Shown: positions 18,644 to 27,998 of the stretch, in pieces
Layout: each line of letters begins with the position of its first letter
How positions within the stretch are numbered: the stretch's first letter is position 1
Origin: a virus
Reading direction: 5' to 3' (one strand)
IMG/VR virus record: IMGVR_UViG_3300020159_001814
Coordinates: 13,793 to 77,792 of that record
DNA length: 64,000 nt
Notes under the pieces: generated by a model
The model's input: only the letters and a program-made list of their open reading frames with translations
What the model was told of the DNA's origin: nothing
Database searches by the model: none
Program-made: the position numbers and the translations under genes

Positions 18644-19003
18644 TTACTCTCCTCGAACAGATTCAGTTGATTCTTGTCCTTCCTGTGATTTTTCTTCATC
18701 TAAGTTTATGTCTAATATATTTGCAATATTATTAATGTTTGACTGAATACCATCAACATCTATATTGTCTTCGTTACTTAATTTTCCTTCTAAAATATTA
18801 AGTTCATCAATAACGTTATCAAGTTTATCTTCACCATCTAAAAGTCCTGTTTCACCAGACATTGCTTCGAATTTTTGTTTCATAGCATCCATTTGTTCTT
18901 GGAATGCTTCTTGCCAAACTTTTTGCATTCTTTTTTCTTGTACTTTCAAGTTAGCGTTTCTTTTCGCCACTTTTGCTCTATGAGCCTTTGCCGCTTTTCC
19001 CAT
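18644..19003 (-). CDS. Hypothetical protein
   Basis: 119 aa; basic N-terminus and acidic C-terminus. Confidence 0.7.
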   Translation of the reverse strand: MGKAAKAHRAKVAKRNANLKVQEKRMQKVWQEAFQEQMDAMKQKFEAMSGETGLLDGEDKLDNVIDELNILEGKLSNEDNIDVDGIQSNINNIANILDINLDEEKSQEGQESTESVRGE

Positions 19004-19060
19004 TATTAGTTATTATTAGTTATTATTAGTTATTATTAGTTATTATTAGTTATTATTAGT
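19002..19060. repeat. 10-bp tandem repeat (TATTATTAGT), about 6 copies
   Basis: Directly visible perfect copies. Confidence 0.95.
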
Positions 19061-19414
19061 CGGTCTATTTTCTTCAAACCATTCTATGATCGCATTTATT
19101 CCCCACACAAATCCTGCGGACAACATACCATCAAAAAATACAGATAAAAATTTATTAAGTCCAATAATATCTGTATTAGGTGAAAAATACACCAAAGAAA
19201 GGAAGAATCCTACCCATGTTGATGTGCACAATACACAAGATATTAACCCTGACAAAAAGTTACCTATCCCATTGAATATGGCAAGTTCGTTGTTCCCCCA
19301 ATTATGGATTCTATTTCTTAATCCGTTGAAAATTGATCCGTAGACCAAAATGTTTGTCATTCCGTAGGCAACTATGGCCCAAATTAGTAAATTCATATTA
19401 TCTATATAAGTCAT
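19046..19414 (-). CDS. Membrane protein, DUF1360-like
   Basis: Three TMs; LISCVLCTSTWVG (CxxCxxxW). Confidence 0.65.
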   Translation of the reverse strand: MTYIDNMNLLIWAIVAYGMTNILVYGSIFNGLRNRIHNWGNNELAIFNGIGNFLSGLISCVLCTSTWVGFFLSLVYFSPNTDIIGLNKFLSVFFDGMLSAGFVWGINAIIEWFEENRPTNNN

Positions 19415-20102
19415 CGTTTAGGTTAGAACTTCCGTGAAACTTGGCGGGAATATTGCCAAGTTGTTTTGGTTGTTCTAACAATTTTTTATTTAATTCTTCA
19501 TTTTTATTTTTCAATTCTCTTATTTCCGTGTTGAGGTTTTGTATGGTGTCTTGTAATAGTTTCATTTTATTTTCATCTAACTTTATATCTAAATTACGTC
19601 TAACTTCGTCTAACTCTTTATCCTTATTAGATATTTCATAATGGAAATTATTTTCCATTTCTTCTGTTTTAGTGGAAAAAATTTTCCTTTCTGATTCTAT
19701 TTGTTCATTTAAGTGGAAAATATTTTGCTCCAACTGTTCGATTTTTCCGATTAGTTCGTTTTCACCACTTTTGTCACTAATATATTCTACTTTTGTGACA
19801 ACTTTTTCTACTGGAACTTCCTTAATTACTTCTACCTCCTTGATAATCTCGACAGGTACTTCCACCCGTATTTCACGGATTACCTCAATTTCTACCTGTT
19901 TTTCACCAACAATACCCGTTTTTAAGTGTTTTTCACCTTCATTAAGTGTTTTTCCTAAAAGTCCGTATTTCTCTATATTAAATCCAGTATCAAAACATTT
20001 TTTAATAAACCCATCAATATCTTCAATACCGTTTAGTTTACAATATTCAGATACTGATTTCAATATGGTTTTATTAAATATTTCTGAGTACTTCAGTTCC
20101 AT
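19398..20102 (-). CDS. Coiled-coil protein with EVPVE repeats
   Basis: V/E/I/P-rich repeat block followed by a long coiled coil. Confidence 0.7.
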   Translation of the reverse strand: MELKYSEIFNKTILKSVSEYCKLNGIEDIDGFIKKCFDTGFNIEKYGLLGKTLNEGEKHLKTGIVGEKQVEIEVIREIRVEVPVEIIKEVEVIKEVPVEKVVTKVEYISDKSGENELIGKIEQLEQNIFHLNEQIESERKIFSTKTEEMENNFHYEISNKDKELDEVRRNLDIKLDENKMKLLQDTIQNLNTEIRELKNKNEELNKKLLEQPKQLGNIPAKFHGSSNLNDDLYR

Positions 20103-20856
20103 TTTCTATATCTTCAAAAGACTTAATCGAAAACTTTAAAAACGGTTTTGGGTTTTCAAGATCCGTATATGTATATTCTTTAGTTCCGAAATCATAAGTT
20201 CCGAAACCGTGGTTTCTGATGCTTTCACCGATGTTCTGTTGGATTGGTGATCCGATCATATACCCTTTCCCTGTTTTAAACTTAAATTCTTGTCTTTTGT
20301 GAATATCGCCACATAACACAATATCTAATCCATCAAACTTTTCTGTATCATAAGCATGGTCACCAAAATCATAACCTAAGTCTGTCGTCATTCCTTGTAT
20401 TGGTCCATGAAACAACCCTACTTTTATACCCTTTGCTTCTGAAATGTCAGGTGGAATATTTCCTTGATACTGCGAATACACACACCAACTAACATTATCG
20501 TCTTCATAAACACCTCTGTCTTTGTAATAGACAATGTTTTTGTTATTTAATGAGTCGATAATCGGAGATAAAGCGTCTAACCTATCAATATTATTCACTA
20601 AAAAGTCATGATTACCAGGTATAATGATTGTTTTTGTAATATTTGCACATTCAGTTAATATCCAAGCAACAAACTCAATAAGTTCTGGTGTCATCTGATT
20701 TTTAGAGTGAACTAAATCACCGGTAAAGACAATACGGTCGGGTTTTATTTCTTCCCATTTGTTAATTGCGTCCTCCAAAATCTTTCGGTATTGGTCGTGA
20801 TCTTTAAATAATTTTACATGAAGATCAGAAAAGTGTACTAGTTTTTTTATCACCAT
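20074..20856 (-). CDS. SbcD/Mre11/gp47-like metallophosphoesterase nuclease
   Basis: DLH, GDLVH, PGNHD, FHG, GDIH motifs. Confidence 0.9.
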   Translation of the reverse strand: MVIKKLVHFSDLHVKLFKDHDQYRKILEDAINKWEEIKPDRIVFTGDLVHSKNQMTPELIEFVAWILTECANITKTIIIPGNHDFLVNNIDRLDALSPIIDSLNNKNIVYYKDRGVYEDDNVSWCVYSQYQGNIPPDISEAKGIKVGLFHGPIQGMTTDLGYDFGDHAYDTEKFDGLDIVLCGDIHKRQEFKFKTGKGYMIGSPIQQNIGESIRNHGFGTYDFGTKEYTYTDLENPKPFLKFSIKSFEDIENGTEVLRNI

Positions 20857-21593
20857 TACTTTCTTTTTTTAAGTTTCGTAAGTTTATTTACTTCAACCAT
20901 ATATTTTTCTTCCGCAAAAATTCTGTCTTCAAGTTCCTTATTTTTTTTTAAAATATTGACAAGTCTTTCATTTGTTTCTTTAGCGTCTGATTCATTCTTT
21001 TTTAAATCAATATAATAATGGTTTACCTCGGTATCCCCACCATCTTCAATAACTTCAAACAAACCCCTAACTAATAAACCCCTAAAACCTTTAGTTTGGT
21101 ATTCTTCTGGGTTGTCCAATACGTCATCTAATAACTTGTGAATATCATTTCTCAATGTTTCTTCATTATTAGTACCTTCAAATAAATCTTGAGCCATTTC
21201 GGGTGTCCAAGTTAGTAAAATATGTTTTCTTGGTTCAAATGTCATTGGATCATAAATTACTGGTCCCATGGCGGCACCATTCTTAACAGGTTTAATTAAT
21301 TGATTTGGATCGTACATTACAGGTGTTAATGCCAATGATAATAAATAACATTTACCCTTAAACTTCATAACATCTGACAACTTAACCGTAGATGTTGTTA
21401 ATATTTCACCATTATTATCTTTAACTAAAGGGTGTTCGAGAATTTCTAAAGAATCGCATTCTTTAAATTCGTCAGTATTCATTATAATCTTTTTGTATTT
21501 TTCTAAATTTTTACCATACAAAAGATTATCCATATATAAACCATTATCATTTCTAGATAATTCTACAATTTCAATTAATTCTTTTAATTTCAT
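20856..21593 (-). CDS. Hypothetical protein
   Basis: 245-aa ORF, translationally coupled. Confidence 0.7.
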   Translation of the reverse strand: MKLKELIEIVELSRNDNGLYMDNLLYGKNLEKYKKIIMNTDEFKECDSLEILEHPLVKDNNGEILTTSTVKLSDVMKFKGKCYLLSLALTPVMYDPNQLIKPVKNGAAMGPVIYDPMTFEPRKHILLTWTPEMAQDLFEGTNNEETLRNDIHKLLDDVLDNPEEYQTKGFRGLLVRGLFEVIEDGGDTEVNHYYIDLKKNESDAKETNERLVNILKKNKELEDRIFAEEKYMVEVNKLTKLKKRK

Positions 21594-21853
21594 ATTACTG
21601 TTTTTGTTGGGTGACTTGATTCGTCGTCTTGTTTATTTGTTCCACAATATATTTCATATGGTGGGTTAAATGGGTTTGGTGGTAATGGCACTGGTTCAAA
21701 TCTTGGTACTGTAGTTCTTGGATTTGGAAAAAATGGGTCCACGTCTTTTACTTCTTGCATTTTTTCAACAATCGGACTAATATTGATGTGTTTATCTTCA
21801 AGTTTACCGTATAAATAACCTTCTAACCAAATATAAAATTCTTTATGTGTCAT
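21590..21853 (-). CDS. Hypothetical protein
   Basis: 87 aa; FYIWLEGY N-terminus and Pro-rich tail. Confidence 0.7.
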   Translation of the reverse strand: MTHKEFYIWLEGYLYGKLEDKHINISPIVEKMQEVKDVDPFFPNPRTTVPRFEPVPLPPNPFNPPYEIYCGTNKQDDESSHPTKTVI

Positions 21854-21854
21854 A

Positions 21855-22055
21855 CTAATCTTCTTCTATTTCAAAATCGTATTCATCTTCGTCTTGGATT
21901 TTGTCCCATTCCAATTCTTGGTTACCTCTAAAATCAACTTCTTCGTAGAATTTATCTTCATCTTCTTCAAAAAGTTTTGCTTCTTCGTCTGTTAACTCGG
22001 CAGAATACTTACAAATTGTTGTATAAGATTCAAACCATACTAATTTTTTTCCCAT
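21855..22055 (-). CDS. Small acidic protein
   Basis: 66 aa, strongly D/E-rich. Confidence 0.65.
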   Translation of the reverse strand: MGKKLVWFESYTTICKYSAELTDEEAKLFEEDEDKFYEEVDFRGNQELEWDKIQDEDEYDFEIEED

Positions 22056-22060
22056 GTTTT

Positions 22061-22207
22061 TTAATTTAATTCTCGATTATATAAATTAACTAAAATAATT
22101 CTAGCAAACTTAAATTCTTTTGCTCTGTTTAAATTTAGACCGTACGCATATGCTATCACTTTCAAATGTGGATACGCTTCGCTTATGGTCATTTTACCAA
22201 TTTCCAT
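22061..22207 (-). CDS. Small hypothetical protein (absent from ORF track)
   Basis: MEIGKMTISEAYPHLKVIAYAYGLNLNRAKEFKFARIILVNLYNRELN* (48 aa) fills the gap almost exactly. Confidence 0.55.
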   Translation of the reverse strand: MEIGKMTISEAYPHLKVIAYAYGLNLNRAKEFKFARIILVNLYNRELN

Positions 22208-22209
22208 GA

Positions 22210-22425
22210 TTAATCAAATAATTTAAAATCGGCATTAACGTGACCACATTCATTACACATATATGTCGGGAAAGGTACTAACGTATCTTCAGGTCCACCT
22301 GTTAAAATTTTAGAAACTTTTTTTAACATTACAATTTCTTTAAAGTAAGTGGATTTACATTCACCGCACTGTACTGTTGGTTGTTCTTTAAGGTTAATTT
22401 TTGGTTTTAGGATGTCGTCCATCAT
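22210..22425 (-). CDS. Zinc-ribbon protein
   Basis: CGEC...CNECG. Confidence 0.7.
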   Translation of the reverse strand: MMDDILKPKINLKEQPTVQCGECKSTYFKEIVMLKKVSKILTGGPEDTLVPFPTYMCNECGHVNADFKLFD

Positions 22426-22534
22426 TTTATGATATATTTTACGTTTATTTTTTCTGTTTGATTATCCCATGTGGTATTATACCACCACCTAATTGTTATA
22501 TCTGGTTCCATTTTAAAAATATAATTTATTTTAT

Positions 22535-23392
22535 TTATTTTGTCAAACGTTCTTTAATGTCCATATTTAATATGGTATCAATAACTTTTCGTTCTACCCT
22601 ATATTCAGTAAAATCTTGGTCTTCGGTTAAATGAACAATAACACAACCATAAAATGGAATGTTTTCGTATTTAGAACCTTCCAACATTTTAATTAATAAT
22701 TTACCATATAAAGGTAATTGTGTGTTGTAGTGTCCAAGAGCGTTATTCGGTAAAAACTTAAATGGCTCCCTCATCGGTTTTGTATAGTCGTTGGATTCCA
22801 TATTTTTCTTTTTGTTTGTTTTCCAATCGGTGATTACTATACCAAACCCTGTCTGTTGTTTATTTAACATAATCCAAACTTTATCGGGTTGACCTGTATA
22901 TCCTAATTCCGGGTCACCTAAAACAATCTCCGTATCCAATAAAACCGCACCTCTTTCTTCCATTAGTTTTAAGAACCTATTACCGGCCTTTATCATACGA
23001 TCACCCTTCATTATCATTTCCATATCACAGGCATAAATTGGTTGTCTAACTTCTTTTATGATTCCGTGTCGTTTGATAGTTTCAATTTCCAATTCGTAAT
23101 GAACCCTACTTCCCATGTTGGTTGATACTCTACCCGCTTCGGCCCATTCTTCCAATAAAGTTTGCATTACGTATGGGTCACCTTTGGCGACGTTTCTTGC
23201 CGCTTCTTCGGTTGGAAACTCATCATAAAACAATTTCATTACTTTAGATACTGAAGGGAAATTATCTTTTATTTCCCCATCAACGTCTTTCATTGTATAT
23301 CTATGTTTTTCTTCCTCAAAAGTTAAACATAGTTCTTTTTGTCTTTCAGATAAGATATCTCTTATTTCTTCTGCTATTTTTTTTAAATTCAT
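22535..23392 (-). CDS. PD-(D/E)xK exonuclease (RecB/Cas4-like superfamily)
   Basis: GSRVH, TEIVL, GQPDKV, DWKT, YNTQLPLY. Confidence 0.8.
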   Translation of the reverse strand: MNLKKIAEEIRDILSERQKELCLTFEEEKHRYTMKDVDGEIKDNFPSVSKVMKLFYDEFPTEEAARNVAKGDPYVMQTLLEEWAEAGRVSTNMGSRVHYELEIETIKRHGIIKEVRQPIYACDMEMIMKGDRMIKAGNRFLKLMEERGAVLLDTEIVLGDPELGYTGQPDKVWIMLNKQQTGFGIVITDWKTNKKKNMESNDYTKPMREPFKFLPNNALGHYNTQLPLYGKLLIKMLEGSKYENIPFYGCVIVHLTEDQDFTEYRVERKVIDTILNMDIKERLTK

Positions 23393-24309
23393 TCTTTTTC
23401 TTGTATATAATATGGTGTTATGTCACCCTTTAAATCACACACATCTTTGTCTTTTGGTAATTTAACAAGTTTTACTCGGTTATAAAGGACACCACCGTTT
23501 AGTTTATCGTATAGTTTTTTTGCATCATCATAAGCATCCCCATCAAGACAAATAATTATATCTTTTTTTGCCTTCGTATAAAGTTTTTCCCACATATTGT
23601 CATTTATAAACTTTCCAAGCAATGCGATTGAATTATCTAAAAAGAAAGAGTCGAACACACCTTCTACTATGTATATGTCTTTATTAAAATCAATTAAACT
23701 TTCATTAAAAATTAAAAAGTCTTTTGCCGCTTCGGGGTTCTTATATTTAAGTTTTGATTTTGGGTTCCAAGATCTTGATACAAAAAAATTTAAATCACCC
23801 TTTTTATTAAAGGATGGTACAATTATTCTACCTGAATATTCACCTTCAATACAAAGACCAATCTGATATTTATCAATTATTTCTTGTGTTATCCCTCGTT
23901 TTTTTAGATAATTGAATGCTTCCTTTCTTGGGATATGTAATGGATGTATTTCATCAAATTTTTTATATTCTTTAGGTAATTGTAATTGTTTATATACCTT
24001 TTCTTTTTTTTCAAACTTATCAGGTCTAATTAACTTATAAGTTTTCTTATCTTTTTTTGACCCATATTTATCAATTAGTTTACCTAAATGTCCGTGAGTT
24101 TCGTGTGTTTCAGCACATGCCCAACATTTATAAACATGGTTTTGGTAATTTATTTCAAGATTTCCTTTACCGTCCGTTTTTGATAGTCCTTTAATATCGT
24201 AGGAACACACCGGACAATCTACAGAAATTTGTCCTGAATATTCGTTAACGTTTTTAGGTTCCCCAAAAATCGTTTGTATTAAGTCTATCAATAATGATTC
24301 GTCATCCAT
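23389..24309 (-). CDS. DNA primase (zinc finger + TOPRIM)
   Basis: CPVC...CWAC, YLKKRGI, VEGVFD, LDGDA, KDVCD; start moved to ATG at 24309. Confidence 0.9.
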   Translation of the reverse strand: MDDESLLIDLIQTIFGEPKNVNEYSGQISVDCPVCSYDIKGLSKTDGKGNLEINYQNHVYKCWACAETHETHGHLGKLIDKYGSKKDKKTYKLIRPDKFEKKEKVYKQLQLPKEYKKFDEIHPLHIPRKEAFNYLKKRGITQEIIDKYQIGLCIEGEYSGRIIVPSFNKKGDLNFFVSRSWNPKSKLKYKNPEAAKDFLIFNESLIDFNKDIYIVEGVFDSFFLDNSIALLGKFINDNMWEKLYTKAKKDIIICLDGDAYDDAKKLYDKLNGGVLYNRVKLVKLPKDKDVCDLKGDITPYYIQEKE

Positions 24310-24346
24310 ACTTAAAAGATAGGTGTATGGTATGGTTTTGTCAAAT

Positions 24347-24377
24347 AATAAAAAACCCACCTTTTTGGGGTGGGTTA
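24347..24377 (-). terminator. Intrinsic terminator
   Basis: AACCCACC-ccaaaaa-GGTGGGTT followed by T-run on minus strand, just after the 24384 stop. Confidence 0.75.
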
Positions 24378-24383
24378 TTATTT

Positions 24384-25106
24384 TTAAGCTACGTTTTGGT
24401 CTGTTTTGTTATTTGTGGATGCAAAGGCGGCTTTTTGTACTGCCCTTCCTTCTTTATTATAACTACACATGTAATTTTGAATATAAGATATCATGTCTTT
24501 ACCATCACCATCGGTACCTCCTTCAACTCTTGGTTGTGGGAATTTGTTTAGTAATATATCAGCGTCTACTGAAATAGCAGTCGCCAATTCTTGGTCAGTT
24601 TTTTGAGTATTTCTATTTTTAATTTTAGCATGATAAGTTACAAGTCTTTTCCAGCTGTCGTTGTATTTATTTTTTACAAAATCAACGAAGAACCTACCAA
24701 GTTGTTGTAATATAGTACCATCTTCTTTAGTAACTTCTAAAGTAAAATTGTTAGAACCATCACACATATATGTTAATTTTACATCACCTATTCTTAGATC
24801 GTTATCAGCCATTGTTTTATAACCAACACCAGTAACAAAAATATGATTACCTCTTTCACTAAACATAATATTATTACATTCTAACTGAAATAATGGAAGA
24901 TCAAATTCACCTGGTAAATAAAAATTAATTTTTTTACCTTTAAAAATTCTAACAAATTCACCAATTCTTTGTGCCTCATCGGCAGTTTTTGGGTCAATGT
25001 TAGGTGTTATGTCTTCCGACAAATAAAATCTTTTGGTTGATTTTTTATGCATTTCAAGAATTCTATTCTTTTCTTGTTGTGTGATTTCAGATAAAATATT
25101 TTTCAT
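24384..25106 (-). CDS. Hypothetical protein, stand-alone unit, possibly virion-packaged
   Basis: N-terminus MKNILSEITQQEKNRILEMHKK...LSE; TATTTATA upstream and terminator downstream. Confidence 0.7.
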   Translation of the reverse strand: MKNILSEITQQEKNRILEMHKKSTKRFYLSEDITPNIDPKTADEAQRIGEFVRIFKGKKINFYLPGEFDLPLFQLECNNIMFSERGNHIFVTGVGYKTMADNDLRIGDVKLTYMCDGSNNFTLEVTKEDGTILQQLGRFFVDFVKNKYNDSWKRLVTYHAKIKNRNTQKTDQELATAISVDADILLNKFPQPRVEGGTDGDGKDMISYIQNYMCSYNKEGRAVQKAAFASTNNKTDQNVA

Positions 25107-25156
25107 AATTTTTTTAATTTATATATAAATATAATAAAAAATCAAAAAAAAAATGA

Positions 25157-25762
25157 TTACCAAATTTTTTCTTGTTTCATATACCCCAAAACACAAGTAT
25201 ATGAATCGGCCATATCAAAACATTCTTTTTTAAGTGTATTGTTTTTTGTGTAAAGCCATTTAATTTGTGGTTCTTTTTCTGATACTTTTTTCCAAATAGT
25301 ATCTTTTTTGTCGATGTCCTTTGGTAGTCCACCAAAAAGAACATATTTACCTTTATCATTCAGTTGTACAAGATCAGGCCAAGCAAATTTTCTTGAGTTA
25401 TATGTAGATATGTAGGATGGAACAATTCCTAAAATATCATATATTGATTTAGTAATCATTGAATTATATCTTAATAAGACACCTACTGTCCAAATATTAT
25501 TAGAATTTAGTAAGGGTTCTTCAATAACAACTTTAGTAATTCCTAAGTTTTTATATCCTTCAAGTTTTTCTTCAAACGCAACAACCTTCAATAAAAGTTC
25601 TTCTATTTTATCTTCAGGTTTTGGTTTAATAACCGGGGAAAAATGTGTTAATTCTAAAAGTTCTTCTGTTTTAATATCGAATAAACTCCAACCTATTGTC
25701 TTTGTTGAAATGTCTAATCCAAGAACTTTTGGTGTGTTCTTTAAATCTGTTTTTTTGTTCAT
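25157..25762 (-). CDS. RuvC-like Holliday junction resolvase
   Basis: VLGLDISTKTIGW, VVIEEP, DMADSY. Confidence 0.8.
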   Translation of the reverse strand: MNKKTDLKNTPKVLGLDISTKTIGWSLFDIKTEELLELTHFSPVIKPKPEDKIEELLLKVVAFEEKLEGYKNLGITKVVIEEPLLNSNNIWTVGVLLRYNSMITKSIYDILGIVPSYISTYNSRKFAWPDLVQLNDKGKYVLFGGLPKDIDKKDTIWKKVSEKEPQIKWLYTKNNTLKKECFDMADSYTCVLGYMKQEKIW

Positions 25763-25767
25763 AAAAT

Positions 25768-27972
25768 TTAAAAATCCAATTTAATAGGATACTGTTGAAT
25801 ACCTTGTCTTTTTTCAGGTGACTGTATCTTAGATATAACCATAAGTTCTTTGTCTGTATTGTAAAGAGCAACTTCGGTCACGTAAATAGACTTGGTTTTA
25901 TCCCATGTTGGATTTGATGAATCAAAAAACTGTGTTTGACCTAAATTCACTAAGAAATTCATAACGTAAATTGTTGCTTGAATATCTGTTGTTATTGTAC
26001 CAAAAAACAAGTACTCCCCACCAAAATTTAAAGTTACACCATTTTGGTTTAAGGTCGGTAAAGAAATATAACTATTTAAATTATACAATGATGCCGTATC
26101 GTACATATTTTTTGTTAACTGTATCGTTGTACCTGTAAGTCCTGAATATGTTATATATCCATTTGAAGTTGTGGCCGATAATTGGTCGGTTACATCAATT
26201 TCTTTCCATAGTGTTGGGTCAGGTCTTGTTGTTCCACTACTAACTTTTTGTGCTAAGATTTTTACACTATTAGCATTAAACCCTAAAGGTGTTGCTAACA
26301 AATCATTATTTAAAAAAGAAAATTCAGCCCCAAATCTTATTATAATATCAGACGCGCCAGCCAATAAAGTTTGGTCATTCCCTGTGACTGTAGTATAATA
26401 ATTACAATGTAATGAATCGGTAAATGCCGTACTGTTAAATCTATAAGTTAAAAATAGTGTTTCACTATTACCAGATAATAAACCTGTCGTACCACCTAAA
26501 ACACCACCAAAAGTGTTTGGTGTAACCAAACCTAATTTAGGTGCCGGTAGTGTCCAAGTTCTATTTGATTTATAATTTAAAGTTGCGACAATTTCGTCAT
26601 CATCAAATACCACCATTTTTAAGTCAGGAAAAACTTTACCAACCCTATTAGGAATTCCTGTTGTGTTAGCGTGTGTGTCCCAAAGATGGTAATATCTTAA
26701 ACCAGGGTTATTAAAATTAATATCTTTTTTTGACTCTATATAATAAACTTGAAACAAGTTTAAACCGGCAAATCCGGGTGGGTCAACATAAAAATCTTCA
26801 CCTATAGTTCCGTTTGGATTTTTATGCCACATTAACCATGGTAAAGATATTTTAAAGTTTCTTGCTTGTCCTGTATTATTAGGGTTAGCCGGATCGAAGT
26901 CTTGAAATGCGAACTTTTCACCATAAAAATTATCAATCGATTGGTTAGTGTAATGTAGTATTGCTATCGCTTTTTGGTCAACACTCGGTACAGATATTTT
27001 TTCAGCAAATGAATTGTAATAGAACGTTTCGCTAGTATCTTCTTGTCCGGTTTTACTATTATACCCTAAATATTCTTTTGTATTTGTGTAATTTTTAGAA
27101 TTATAGTAATTAAAATCTTGGTATGTTGAATTAAAGACTCCTGCAGGTGATTCGGTCCATGGAATGTTCATATTCCAAACATTAACATTTCTTTGTGATA
27201 CATCACAATTTGTTTCAAAATTAAATACGTCAGTTGCCCAATATGGTTGTGGTGTAAATGTATCATATAAATCAGTCATGTTTTCAGGTAAAAACATAAT
27301 ACTTGAAAACCCTCCGTATCCCATTAAAGCGTAATTAGGTAGACTTCTATCAACTTCTATTGTTATTGTTGCGTCAGTTGAGCTATTACCTGTTATTGAT
27401 ACCACTTTATAGACAAACATTGGTGTATTTGTTGTTATAGGTTCTAAACTATTATTAACAAACATAACCATATACATTCCTTGTGTAACCGATCCACTAA
27501 CAGTCGGATAAAGGGTTGTTGCTGATAATGTTACAACATTACCGGATAAAGTGGTGTTGTCTGCAACAAAATTAGGGTTAATAGTATATGCTGATGATGT
27601 GAATGCACTAAATCCGTTTGTTGTGTCACCAGTAAAAAACCCTCTTGGTGCTGCAGAATTATAAACATTATCAATATATGAATTATCAAATGGGACCCCA
27701 AAAGTACTTCCTGATGTTGAGTCCAAAAATAATGGATACTTTATATGCATTCTATTCTTTTCTGGAATCGGTGCAGTATTTTGTGCATTGTATTGTGGCA
27801 TTAATACGTTAAAATCAACAGGATTAAAATTATCGACACAATTATAACAAACTTCACTATCACCAATTTGGAAATATGCAATATCAAATCTACCTTGCGA
27901 TATTCTTTTTCTAGCAGCATCGGTTAATAACGTGTTAATTAGTGCTGATGTATTTTTTATTATGTATGACAT
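25768..27972 (-). CDS. Virion structural protein (tail/baseplate-associated)
   Basis: N-terminal LTDAARKRI...F.IGDSE and C-terminal VTEVALYN...LMVISK, as in tail-collar/baseplate proteins. Confidence 0.6.
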   Translation of the reverse strand: MSYIIKNTSALINTLLTDAARKRISQGRFDIAYFQIGDSEVCYNCVDNFNPVDFNVLMPQYNAQNTAPIPEKNRMHIKYPLFLDSTSGSTFGVPFDNSYIDNVYNSAAPRGFFTGDTTNGFSAFTSSAYTINPNFVADNTTLSGNVVTLSATTLYPTVSGSVTQGMYMVMFVNNSLEPITTNTPMFVYKVVSITGNSSTDATITIEVDRSLPNYALMGYGGFSSIMFLPENMTDLYDTFTPQPYWATDVFNFETNCDVSQRNVNVWNMNIPWTESPAGVFNSTYQDFNYYNSKNYTNTKEYLGYNSKTGQEDTSETFYYNSFAEKISVPSVDQKAIAILHYTNQSIDNFYGEKFAFQDFDPANPNNTGQARNFKISLPWLMWHKNPNGTIGEDFYVDPPGFAGLNLFQVYYIESKKDINFNNPGLRYYHLWDTHANTTGIPNRVGKVFPDLKMVVFDDDEIVATLNYKSNRTWTLPAPKLGLVTPNTFGGVLGGTTGLLSGNSETLFLTYRFNSTAFTDSLHCNYYTTVTGNDQTLLAGASDIIIRFGAEFSFLNNDLLATPLGFNANSVKILAQKVSSGTTRPDPTLWKEIDVTDQLSATTSNGYITYSGLTGTTIQLTKNMYDTASLYNLNSYISLPTLNQNGVTLNFGGEYLFFGTITTDIQATIYVMNFLVNLGQTQFFDSSNPTWDKTKSIYVTEVALYNTDKELMVISKIQSPEKRQGIQQYPIKLDF

Positions 27973-27998
27973 ATTTTATAAATTTTATTCTTTATTTT

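Noticed and set aside
17657-18735. Plus-strand ORFs opposite sbcC, and the many other short antisense ORFs in the track
   Set aside because: Fully nested opposite genes with clear motifs; no independent signals
19002-19060. Possible CRISPR array
   Set aside because: Contiguous 10-bp units with no spacers; no cas operon
22535-23392. Cas4 / CRISPR adaptation gene
   Set aside because: Lacks the Cas4 four-Cys Fe-S cluster pattern; ordinary phage PD-(D/E)xK exonuclease next to primase
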